Sequence record: OP595145.1
DNA length: 64,000 nucleotides
Direction: 5' to 3' (one strand)
DNA from: Escherichia phage vB_EcoM_DE16
Of this stretch, positions 27,318 through 35,550 are shown one piece after another; positions within the stretch are counted from its first letter, which is position 1, and each line of letters starts with the position of its first letter. Both the position numbers and the translations under genes were made by a program. Under the pieces are notes generated by a model. It was not told the DNA's origin. It was given only the letters and a program-made list of their open reading frames with translations, and ran no database searches.

Positions 27318-27483
27318 CTTCTTCCTCCTCTAAAATATGAAACCCGTAATTACAATAGTCCTGAAATGTTTCGTGTGCAAGATCTTCTATATCCTCTTGA
27401 GACATATCATCTTCAATTTCGATATCCACAACCTCATTGCATCCACACCAAGCAGTTTCAATATTCACTCGTAATATTTTCAT
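27310..27483 (-). CDS. hypothetical small acidic protein (57 aa), not in supplied ORF track
   Basis: AGGAGGAATA RBS plus ATG overlapping upstream stop; hand translation MKILRVNIETAWCGCNEVVDIEIEDD...; coordinates approximate. Confidence 0.3.
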   Translation of the reverse strand: MKILRVNIETAWCGCNEVVDIEIEDDMSQEDIEDLAHETFQDYCNYGFHILEEEEDV

Positions 27484-27680
27484 TATTCCTCCTCCTCGTT
27501 GAAGTCGATATCTGCAAGTAGTTGGAATTTACGGAAGTTACGACAACCTTCATAAATATAACAATCACGACAAACTGCTAGAACACTTGGGGGATATATG
27601 CCTCCCATCGGTGCGAATCGTTTTTCGTCATCATAACGGACACCAATGTCTTCATCAATTATATAGATACGGATTCTCAT
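27483..27680 (-). CDS. hypothetical Cys-containing small protein
   Basis: 65 aa; ATGA overlap with the TelA-like gene. Confidence 0.35.
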   Translation of the reverse strand: MRIRIYIIDEDIGVRYDDEKRFAPMGGIYPPSVLAVCRDCYIYEGCRNFRKFQLLADIDFNEEEE

Positions 27681-28789
27681 TTACCAAGCCCTCGTTTCAC
27701 AGCAGCTACCATCCCGTCTTCCAGAGATTGAACTTCATTAATATAATCAACACGAGCAGCACGGGCTTCCGTATTGATGCGGTTAGTTTCTTCCAACATC
27801 TTAACCAAGTTTTCCTGATCGTGACGCAGAGTTTCAATATCCAACACTTGACGGTTAGCCAGTGCTGCTGCTTCGATCTGATTCTGTGTGGCAAGATCGC
27901 TACCCAGTTTAATTGCCAGGTTAAATTCGTCAAGAACGTTATTCTGCGTCTCTGCTGCTTTCATTTGACGTAAGCTCTCGATATACATGGAGAAGTTAGC
28001 AGAGTAAGCAGGAATAACATTATTTACTATGTTACGCGCAGATCGCATTAAGCTTGCAGAAACTTTTTGCATACCTTGTACACGCGGTCCCATTTGGACA
28101 CACAGTAGGCGCAATGCTTTTAAATCTGCAATACGAATCTCCAGAAGATCCAAAGTATCTCGGATCACTTGTCGCTGTTCTACTGCATCTTCTGGAAGAG
28201 CAGCCAAAGCTTGTTCTTCTTTTTCATAGGTTGCTGTTAGAAGCTGCATATCTCGGTTCAAACTTGCAGCATATTGTCCAATAGCTTGATGTAGCTTTTC
28301 AAGATATACCAAGGAATCTTCTTCTTTGCGAATATCCATTTGAAGGTTCTTTACCAACTCTTCAATACGGTTATTAACATTATCAAACTCCCCAAACAGG
28401 TCTTCTTTCATACCCATAACTTTTTTAATGAGTTTAGTAATACCCTTGCTTTGTTTAATAGAGTTTGGATCAAGTTGTTTTGCCTGTTTAATCAAAGCTG
28501 TGAGTCGTTCACTCATCTGATCACCTTGATTACTACGTTGATGTTTTAATACCTCGGCATTCAAGGAACGCAAGGTTGTTCCTGCCTCTGCCCCGATTTC
28601 TTCGATTTCTTGCCTGGTCATAGAAGGCAAAGCTGGTACTTCTTGCGGTGCGGCTGGTGCATAAACAGGACTGGCATCTAACACGCTTGGAGCGAATACA
28701 GATTTACTGGCATCTGTTGTTGCAGCAAATACGCTCATTTCAGGCTTCTTCTGACCACCAGTAGCTGCTTTTAAAAATGGACTTGTCAT
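27677..28789 (-). CDS. TelA/KlaA-like toxic-anion-resistance family protein (predicted all-helical)
   Basis: 370 aa, helical/coiled-coil composition, size and neighbourhood (TerD, vWA, TerC) fit TelA; no sharp motif. Confidence 0.45.
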   Translation of the reverse strand: MTSPFLKAATGGQKKPEMSVFAATTDASKSVFAPSVLDASPVYAPAAPQEVPALPSMTRQEIEEIGAEAGTTLRSLNAEVLKHQRSNQGDQMSERLTALIKQAKQLDPNSIKQSKGITKLIKKVMGMKEDLFGEFDNVNNRIEELVKNLQMDIRKEEDSLVYLEKLHQAIGQYAASLNRDMQLLTATYEKEEQALAALPEDAVEQRQVIRDTLDLLEIRIADLKALRLLCVQMGPRVQGMQKVSASLMRSARNIVNNVIPAYSANFSMYIESLRQMKAAETQNNVLDEFNLAIKLGSDLATQNQIEAAALANRQVLDIETLRHDQENLVKMLEETNRINTEARAARVDYINEVQSLEDGMVAAVKRGLGK

Positions 28790-29376
28790 TCTTCATTCTC
28801 CTCTTCTGCATCTCTTATATATGGTGAAACACCGTACTCTTTAGCTACTTTAACCCAATCGTCCCATTTATACAACCATAATTTTCCTTCTGTCCCTTCT
28901 TTATCTGATTTCAACCACATATTAGGTTGCTTACCTGGGTACATGCGATTAGGTTTACGATTATAACCTCTAACACATCTTGTCGCAAACCTATCTACCA
29001 GAACAAGAACATATTTATATTCGTGGTTCAACGGCTCTTTGGAAGTGGCTTTAGGATTAGCCCCTAATTCTGCTGCCAGTTTTTGCCAATGAGCACCGTG
29101 CCTACTAAACTTACCCATACAACCATCAATAGCATGAGCAATTTCGTGCTTCATTGTATCTACGATCATATCTCTTGTGGAGTTCTTATGCAAGTGCCAA
29201 TTTACAACAACAATTTTATCTCGGTAGTTGCACCAACCGAAAGAGTTATTCACTTTGTTTCTAACACAAGCTTTATATCCTGCTTCACGTAACATGTTGT
29301 AGTAAACAGGAAAATCTTCTTTTATTTCCTGCATCACTTCCCACCACAAGAGTTGCAAGTCTCTCTCGGTATGCAT
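28786..29376 (-). CDS. SprT-like zinc metalloprotease domain protein
   Basis: 196 aa; HEIAH (HExxH) followed by GKFSRHGAHW. Confidence 0.5.
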   Translation of the reverse strand: MHTERDLQLLWWEVMQEIKEDFPVYYNMLREAGYKACVRNKVNNSFGWCNYRDKIVVVNWHLHKNSTRDMIVDTMKHEIAHAIDGCMGKFSRHGAHWQKLAAELGANPKATSKEPLNHEYKYVLVLVDRFATRCVRGYNRKPNRMYPGKQPNMWLKSDKEGTEGKLWLYKWDDWVKVAKEYGVSPYIRDAEEENEE

Positions 29377-29379
29377 AAC

Positions 29380-29973
29380 TTACACCTTAAAAGCGAAATG
29401 TGTGGTCGTGGCTTCAAAATCAGGGCCAGATAAACTTGCACTGAAATCTGAAATATTTGTAATTAAAAAGCTTTTATGCATACCTAACACAGCCACGCTT
29501 TCAATATCTTCTACTAACATTTCAATCATGTTAGAAACATGGCTGAACGTATAGTTTTGTTTTTTGATGGTGTAGAAAGAAAGACTCCCACCTGCTGTAT
29601 AAGATACCTCTTCAAAATCTTTAATCGTATATTGTGTGCCATCAGTAAAGAAAATGGTAGCTTTATTAGTAGCACGTTTCTTGTTTTTTGGTCCTTTTTT
29701 ACGTTTACTGCGAGTAGGCAAACCATTTGGAAATACCGTAGCTACAAATTCTTCAGGAGAAACCTCCTTACCGAAATCATAACCGTAAGAAACAGCGTCT
29801 ATAAACTCGTCGTCTTCATTTTTAAAATAATGAAAATAGGGCCAATTTGAGAGATTATCGAGCATCTTGTGCTCATCCACAGCAGAGAACGTATCCCTCA
29901 AAGCACGTGTGATTTGCAAAGCATTAGGCAAACTTTTAACACCTGTAATGGAAGTACGAATAGAAATTGTCAT
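29380..29973 (-). CDS. hypothetical protein
   Basis: 197 aa ORF with ATG start. Confidence 0.4.
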   Translation of the reverse strand: MTISIRTSITGVKSLPNALQITRALRDTFSAVDEHKMLDNLSNWPYFHYFKNEDDEFIDAVSYGYDFGKEVSPEEFVATVFPNGLPTRSKRKKGPKNKKRATNKATIFFTDGTQYTIKDFEEVSYTAGGSLSFYTIKKQNYTFSHVSNMIEMLVEDIESVAVLGMHKSFLITNISDFSASLSGPDFEATTTHFAFKV

Positions 29974-29987
29974 TGTTTTTCTCCTTA

Positions 29988-30425
29988 TTAACGTCGCTTG
30001 CTACGAGATGAACTCTTTTTACTTAAAGGGCTATTGTAAGATTTACGAGTTGTATAGCTACTATTTGTTTTAAAAGTTTGTCTCGGCTTTTCATAAGTTT
30101 TTATCTCTTGTTTAGGCTTACCATAAAAATTAGTTTTCGGTTTAGGTGTATTATAATGCTTATTAATAATCGTTCTGTTATCGTTATAATCTCCACTGCT
30201 ACGATTACTACCGCCACTCATCATATGCCCTAACAACATACCTGTAGCAAACTCACCAACACCGCTACTACTAGAACCGCCACCATTGTTGATAATAGTT
30301 GTATCTCCGTCAGATCCTTGTTGAGCGTATTGTTGAGGAGGTTGTTGGTATTGTGCAGGATTTGTTTCATCCTCGCAAGCTGTTAAAAAGATACAACCAA
30401 TTAAAATCAGGGCTAGTTTTTTCAT
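29988..30425 (-). CDS. lipoprotein (lipobox LTAC), Gly/Ser-rich with basic C-terminus
   Basis: Track ORF trimmed to ATG (MKKLALILIGCIFLTAC...) preceded by GAGGAAAG; signal peptidase II lipobox. Confidence 0.45.
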   Translation of the reverse strand: MKKLALILIGCIFLTACEDETNPAQYQQPPQQYAQQGSDGDTTIINNGGGSSSSGVGEFATGMLLGHMMSGGSNRSSGDYNDNRTIINKHYNTPKPKTNFYGKPKQEIKTYEKPRQTFKTNSSYTTRKSYNSPLSKKSSSRSKRR

Positions 30426-30612
30426 ATTTGCTTTCCTCGTTTTGGCTATTAATACATCTGTGTTTGAAATCTCCAGAGAAGCAATAAAGTTGCTCTCCAT
30501 CTCGGTATAAACTCACTTTACTGCCGTTGATTATGCTTGTCAATACAAAAATTACAACAAACAACCCTATTGCAAAACAGATATTTTCAAACACAACCAA
30601 CAAGTATTTCAT
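30367..30612 (-). CDS. small membrane protein whose 3' end overlaps the lipoprotein gene
   Basis: 81 aa; N-terminal TM helix; ATGA coupling to upstream gene; 59-nt out-of-frame overlap with lipoprotein start. Confidence 0.35.
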   Translation of the reverse strand: MKYLLVVFENICFAIGLFVVIFVLTSIINGSKVSLYRDGEQLYCFSGDFKHRCINSQNEESKYEKTSPDFNWLYLFNSLRG

Positions 30613-30959
30613 TTTAAAAATACCTCATCATCAGTTTCATTATCCCAGAAGAACAAATCCCAACCACTTGGATCATTCCATTTGGCTGCTGGAGAAGTCC
30701 ATATTTGCTCAATATCAATATTCAAAACTTCACCGTTTCGTTTTGAAACAGCTTTAGTTAATTCCCAACGGGATACAGGCTCCACTTCCCCTGAACCACT
30801 CCCACAACAAGCTACAACATTAGGAGGCAAATTAATTGGATCTTTGGTCACAATCATAACGCTTACCCCAGGGTAAACTTTTGAAAGATAATCTGAAATA
30901 TAATCCACATCACCAGATAAATCCCAAACAAGTTCTTGAATTTCATCAAAATTATTCAT
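30609..30959 (-). CDS. hypothetical protein
   Basis: 116 aa acidic ORF. Confidence 0.4.
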   Translation of the reverse strand: MNNFDEIQELVWDLSGDVDYISDYLSKVYPGVSVMIVTKDPINLPPNVVACCGSGSGEVEPVSRWELTKAVSKRNGEVLNIDIEQIWTSPAAKWNDPSGWDLFFWDNETDDEVFLK

Positions 30960-31001
30960 AAGTCTCTCCTATAAAATAGCCTCCCGAAGGAGGCTCATCT
31001 A

Positions 31002-31976
31002 TTAAACAGCAGCTTCTTCTTTTTCAGGGAAGATAAAGCTTGCAATAACACCAAGAGCTAATGTGCCTAGAACAATCATCAGACTTACGTTAGGGGAAAT
31101 ATCATGCGGGAGGAATGACCACTTGGCATGAAGTGTTTCACCGAACGGGTGATACATAAGTTTAGCACCAACAAACACCAGAACCACAGCAACAGCTTTC
31201 TCTAAGTGAACCAGATATTTCACAGCTACACTTAACACAAAGAAAAGTGCACGTAAACCAAGAACAGCCATCAGCATTGCAGAATAAACTAGCAGAGGTT
31301 CTTGTGTCACCCCGATCACAGCCGGAACTGAATCAAAAGAGAAGACAATATCTGTAAGCTCAATAACAAACACACAAAGAAGAGCAGGAGTTGCATATTT
31401 AATACCATTCTTAATGGTAATGAACTTTTCACCATCTAGTGCATTGTGCACAGGCAGAACTTTACCTACTAAACGAACAGCCCAATGCTTAGAGTAATCA
31501 ATATCCTCTTCTTCGTCACCACCTTTGATGATAGCCACGGCAGACCAAGCTACAATCAAACCGAACAACACTTGGACCGACCAATGAAGGTTAAACAAAG
31601 CGGTCCCTGCTGCAACAAAAATACCTCGGAAGACAATGGCTCCTGCAATCCCCCAAAGTAAAATCTTATGTTGGAGATGTGTGCTCTTAATTCCAAAGCT
31701 TGCAAAAATTGCCATGAACACCATCAGGTTATCTACAGAAAGACTCTTTTCCAACACATAACCACTTAGGAAAAGCGCGGCAAACTCTTTACCATGTTCT
31801 ACCCAAATGAATGCGTAATATCCTAAAGCTAAAGCAATCCAAAAAACAGACCAAAGCAAAGCAGATTTAATTCCAATTTCTTTATTCTCTTTATGACCAA
31901 AGAAATCGATACCAATAGACAATGCCAAAATACCAACTAAAACAACTACATCAATAATTGGGAAACCGAGTTGCAT
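31002..31976 (-). CDS. terC: TerC-family integral membrane protein
   Basis: 324 aa multi-pass membrane protein; SLSVDNLMVFMAIF and FSFDSVPAVIGVTQEPLLVYSAMLMAVLGLRALFF match TerC signatures. Confidence 0.75.
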   Translation of the reverse strand: MQLGFPIIDVVVLVGILALSIGIDFFGHKENKEIGIKSALLWSVFWIALALGYYAFIWVEHGKEFAALFLSGYVLEKSLSVDNLMVFMAIFASFGIKSTHLQHKILLWGIAGAIVFRGIFVAAGTALFNLHWSVQVLFGLIVAWSAVAIIKGGDEEEDIDYSKHWAVRLVGKVLPVHNALDGEKFITIKNGIKYATPALLCVFVIELTDIVFSFDSVPAVIGVTQEPLLVYSAMLMAVLGLRALFFVLSVAVKYLVHLEKAVAVVLVFVGAKLMYHPFGETLHAKWSFLPHDISPNVSLMIVLGTLALGVIASFIFPEKEEAAV

Positions 31977-32055
31977 TCTTTTCTCCTCTCTTTGCGGGGA
32001 ACTATTCCCCGCTTCATGTGATATATCTTACTCTTTTTAAGAACTATGTCAACAC

Positions 32056-32277
32056 TTATTTTGTTGAATGAGAGGAAAAGATTCCTCGTAATACCGCCAG
32101 AATAAACGAAACACAAACCACGGTCCAGAAGGTTACTGGGACAGTGATATCTGCATGACCCATAACTTCAGCAACATAGTTGTAAGCCAGCAACAGTAAC
32201 CAAGCTGGAATCAAACTAAGCATAAAAGCAATAACAAAAAAGCTTACCACTGCAACAATACCTGCAAAAACACCCAT
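32056..32277 (-). CDS. small two-helix membrane protein
   Basis: 73 aa; two hydrophobic segments. Confidence 0.4.
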   Translation of the reverse strand: MGVFAGIVAVVSFFVIAFMLSLIPAWLLLLAYNYVAEVMGHADITVPVTFWTVVCVSFILAVLRGIFSSHSTK

Positions 32278-32289
32278 ACTAATCTCCTC

Positions 32290-32763
32290 TTAAAGTTTAT
32301 AAATAGTCACATCGTGACCTGTTTTTACTAAAGTTTCTTCAATCATCACTTGGATGATAGCCCAATTACCTCCGGCATGTCCCGCTCCAATCATAGGTAA
32401 ACCGATCTTACATTTTTGGTCACGGAGAAGCAAATCATTAGCCATAGCTATTAGTGCATCGTATAGGGCATCATAGTCCAACTGACGACCTTTAGCATTA
32501 TATCCGTAACGGTATTGCCCGTATAGATTATATACCAAAGGGTCTGATTGTTCGTCTGGCACCCCTAAACTAAAAGAACCTAACTTACTTTGATCACCAG
32601 CCATTGTGTCTAAATCTGCCGCATATGCATAAGGGAATGCTCGTTTAATTTGCGGAGCAATTCCTGCCCCCATATTACACATACAATTGCAACAATGAGC
32701 AATAACAGTTACTTCACCTGCTTTAGCGGCATCAATAAGATTACCTGTTTTCATTTTAAGCAT
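32290..32763 (-). CDS. macro-domain-like protein (ADP-ribose binding/processing fold)
   Basis: 157 aa; VIAHCCNCMCNMGAGIAPQI and IGLPMIGAGHAGGNW resemble the macro-domain N-x6-GGG and G-x-G-x-G loops. Confidence 0.5.
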   Translation of the reverse strand: MLKMKTGNLIDAAKAGEVTVIAHCCNCMCNMGAGIAPQIKRAFPYAYAADLDTMAGDQSKLGSFSLGVPDEQSDPLVYNLYGQYRYGYNAKGRQLDYDALYDALIAMANDLLLRDQKCKIGLPMIGAGHAGGNWAIIQVMIEETLVKTGHDVTIYKL

Positions 32764-32775
32764 TTTAGCTCCTTA

Positions 32776-33603
32776 TTACAGAATGTGTTGTTTTGTGTAA
32801 CGATCCAAGAATTCAAAGTTTTCAGCATACTTTGAAATTCGGTTGTAACCTTCTCCCAAACATCCGAAGAAAAGTTGCTCTACATAGTAGTGTGGCAATT
32901 GGCTAAGAATGATTTTGAAGTCTTCGTGATTTTGGCCCATAAGATACTTAATAGGACGAACAAGACACTGTGCATCACGTTCTTCATTAATCATTTTAAC
33001 AAACGCTTCTGGTGTATTAATATAATTAAAATTCAGTTTAGCTTCGGTATCTGCTTGATTACCTTCATATTTTGCAAAATACAAGAAGTAAACATCATTT
33101 TTAACTTGATTTTCATCAAGGATCTCAATCAGTTTGTCTTCATGAGTTCCAGTGATATTTACATCATCAATAAACACAAGCTTCTTATCACCCCAGAATT
33201 CTTTGTTGCAGTAGAATGTATCCCCATCGATAAGTTTCTTACGACTAGCTTTATCCAAGAAACCATAATCGTTGATATAGCTAACTTTACGATGAATAAT
33301 ATCCAGTTCTGCTGAACGACCTTGATCATATTGTGATTGCAACATATTAAAGTAATTAATAAAATGATCTGTCATCATTGTTGCAGCATTATGCACATGG
33401 TTGTAAGGAGAAGGAATGATAACAAATTGTTCCCCAATATGTTTCATTGCCACTTGAGCAAAAAACTGAAGTGCCAATTCTTTACCCATACGACGCGCAG
33501 CCTGGTTACTACCAAATTTCAATTTTGAATAATCTTGGATATCAAAAGTAGCAGTTTCCAGGTCATCAAATTTATTTGCAAAAATTTGAGTTTGATTACG
33601 CAT
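32776..33603 (-). CDS. type I phosphoribosyltransferase-like protein
   Basis: 275 aa; PRPP-loop-like KLVFIDDVNITGTH. Confidence 0.5.
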   Translation of the reverse strand: MRNQTQIFANKFDDLETATFDIQDYSKLKFGSNQAARRMGKELALQFFAQVAMKHIGEQFVIIPSPYNHVHNAATMMTDHFINYFNMLQSQYDQGRSAELDIIHRKVSYINDYGFLDKASRKKLIDGDTFYCNKEFWGDKKLVFIDDVNITGTHEDKLIEILDENQVKNDVYFLYFAKYEGNQADTEAKLNFNYINTPEAFVKMINEERDAQCLVRPIKYLMGQNHEDFKIILSQLPHYYVEQLFFGCLGEGYNRISKYAENFEFLDRYTKQHIL

Positions 33604-34252
33604 TTACAATTTCTCCTCTTTTAAGTTTCTCTAGTAAGTCGTTAGGGTTCTTAATATGACAGAAGTTAATCCCTATGTCAACACATTTACCATCAAATTC
33701 TTCGCTGTCCCCAACATGTAAAATCTCTTCAGCCTTCAAAGGAATGCTTGAATATGTGGCGGTCCTAACAAAGAATCTAGGATCTGGTTTACACAACAGA
33801 TGTTCGTCTGAAAAATGCATAAATTCAAAACAATTCCAACTGTCGAACATACAAGCACGACGCAAAATATCCCCAGATATAAAATTAGTATTGCTTTTAA
33901 TACTAAGATCATATTTACCAGACAAGTATAGCAAACAAACTGGCAAATCTAAAGCAATATGTGGAGGAAATTTAAGAAACCATTGCTCACACTCAAAACG
34001 CATTTGTGCAGATTCTACAGGGGTTAAACCTATCTTTCTTCCCAACATATTCCATGCATATGCTACACCTTCTGCACACCCATTTAGTGCAGCATTATCC
34101 ATAATTTCTTTGGCATCTTTATATGCTTCTTTTGCCGCACGTTCAGACATTCTACCATATGTAGCAATAGTGTGCGTACGTGCATCTGCATAGTTTTGAT
34201 TGGCAGAAATAAGAGTATTCCATACATCAAAAGAGATATGTTTTATTGTCAT
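33596..34252 (-). CDS. HAD-superfamily hydrolase (phosphatase)-like protein
   Basis: Track ORF trimmed to ATG after GGTGGG; motif I-like FDVWNTL, conserved Lys (CKPDPRFF), motif IV-like HVGDSEEFD. Confidence 0.5.
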   Translation of the reverse strand: MTIKHISFDVWNTLISANQNYADARTHTIATYGRMSERAAKEAYKDAKEIMDNAALNGCAEGVAYAWNMLGRKIGLTPVESAQMRFECEQWFLKFPPHIALDLPVCLLYLSGKYDLSIKSNTNFISGDILRRACMFDSWNCFEFMHFSDEHLLCKPDPRFFVRTATYSSIPLKAEEILHVGDSEEFDGKCVDIGINFCHIKNPNDLLEKLKRGEIVNA

Positions 34253-34253
34253 A

Positions 34254-34859
34254 CTAGGCCCACCATGCATCAAGATTTAAGTTACTGTCTACCACAACTT
34301 GTTCTATGTGGTAGCCTTTTATCTGTATGCCACTGTTCAAGAGCATATCATATGCTTCATTGAAACGCAACTTATCTTCTGCGGAATATAAGCGAGCATT
34401 ATAAAATCGGTAATCAATTTCTTCAGCATTAGAAGAAATACGGAAGAAGTTTGTTTCTACTTCGGGATCACTTGCTGAAGTCTTAATGTGAACTTCTCCA
34501 TAATTTTCTTTACTTAGATCCATGAAAAGAACACAGGCAACATGTTTAAACATTCGTTCCAGTTTGTAACGAACAACATTGAAACCTGCATTCTCAAGTT
34601 TTTCTACACACTGCAACATTAAAGTAGTGTCGAGATCGCTTTGATACTTTGTTAACATACGATCACGTTGAGACTTTGTATCCCGATGTAAATCAATTGT
34701 TGTGCATTTTGCACCAATAATCTTAGCTGCTTTCATCAACTCTTCAGAACTAACGTTAGATAAAGTAAGATGAAAATGGGCTTTCCACACTTTTTTAGCA
34801 GGGACACCAAAAGATTTATCCCCACTATTCGGCATGTTGACTACTACACTATGTTGCAT
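34254..34859 (-). CDS. hypothetical protein (one H-x-T-x motif, weak 2H-phosphoesterase-like hint)
   Basis: 201 aa; HFHLTL motif; second motif not clear. Confidence 0.35.
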   Translation of the reverse strand: MQHSVVVNMPNSGDKSFGVPAKKVWKAHFHLTLSNVSSEELMKAAKIIGAKCTTIDLHRDTKSQRDRMLTKYQSDLDTTLMLQCVEKLENAGFNVVRYKLERMFKHVACVLFMDLSKENYGEVHIKTSASDPEVETNFFRISSNAEEIDYRFYNARLYSAEDKLRFNEAYDMLLNSGIQIKGYHIEQVVVDSNLNLDAWWA

Positions 34860-34874
34860 TACTTATCTCCTCAC

Positions 34875-35066
34875 TTAAAATGGAAGTCTTTGAAGTTCAT
34901 CTCCTCCGATATCAAGTAATTTAGCAACATCTCGATCAGAAAGCAACTCTTTTCTTTGTAAAATATCCACAAGGGTTGCAAGAATGTCCTTAACGTCCCG
35001 ATCACTGTTCTTCAAAAGTTCTCCTGCCGTCCCTACTTTATCTCCTACAGCAAAATATGTAACCAT
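34875..35066 (-). CDS. hypothetical small protein
   Basis: Track ORF trimmed to ATG after AGGAGG; 63 aa. Confidence 0.3.
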   Translation of the reverse strand: MVTYFAVGDKVGTAGELLKNSDRDVKDILATLVDILQRKELLSDRDVAKLLDIGGDELQRLPF

Positions 35067-35079
35067 GAAACCTCCTAAG

Positions 35080-35550
35080 TTAATCTGATTGCCAACCACT
35101 TGCCGTTTTGGTCCATAATCTTTGATTATCTGACCCTCTGAAAGGTTTTGTAGTTGGATTGTTTATTTCATACTTTCCGTCTACAATAATGTCAACAAGA
35201 TTTTTAATATATAAAGGCACTTCCTCAAAAGTATATCCTGTATACACCATTATATCTTTGCTTGACCCATAAACGTCTCTAACCTTTTCTATAAGGCTTT
35301 TAACATTGTAAATATTCTGCGGATCTAATGGTTCTCCTCCTAAAATTGTTAAACCTTTTACAAACGGTCTTGACAAATCTTTTAAAACTTGCTCTACATT
35401 TTCGTGAGTAAATGGTTTCCCGTAAGAATAAGACCAGGCTTTCTGGTTAAAACAGCCACGACAACCGTGGCTACAACCACTAACCCAGAGGGAGCACCTA
35501 ACTCCCTCACCATTAATAAGATCTACAGGTTCATATCCTGCAAAATTCAA
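35080..35550 (-). CDS. nrdG: anaerobic ribonucleoside-triphosphate reductase activating protein (radical SAM)
   Basis: 156 aa; CxxxCxxC cluster (GCSHGCRGC); colinear with T4 NrdG including C-terminal RGSDNQRLW. Confidence 0.85.
   Translation of the reverse strand: MNFAGYEPVDLINGEGVRCSLWVSGCSHGCRGCFNQKAWSYSYGKPFTHENVEQVLKDLSRPFVKGLTILGGEPLDPQNIYNVKSLIEKVRDVYGSSKDIMVYTGYTFEEVPLYIKNLVDIIVDGKYEINNPTTKPFRGSDNQRLWTKTASGWQSD

Noticed and set aside
33675-34193. Track ORF of 172 aa on the plus strand opposite the HAD-like gene
   Set aside because: Antisense to a motif-supported gene; Ser/Cys/Leu-rich junk-like translation
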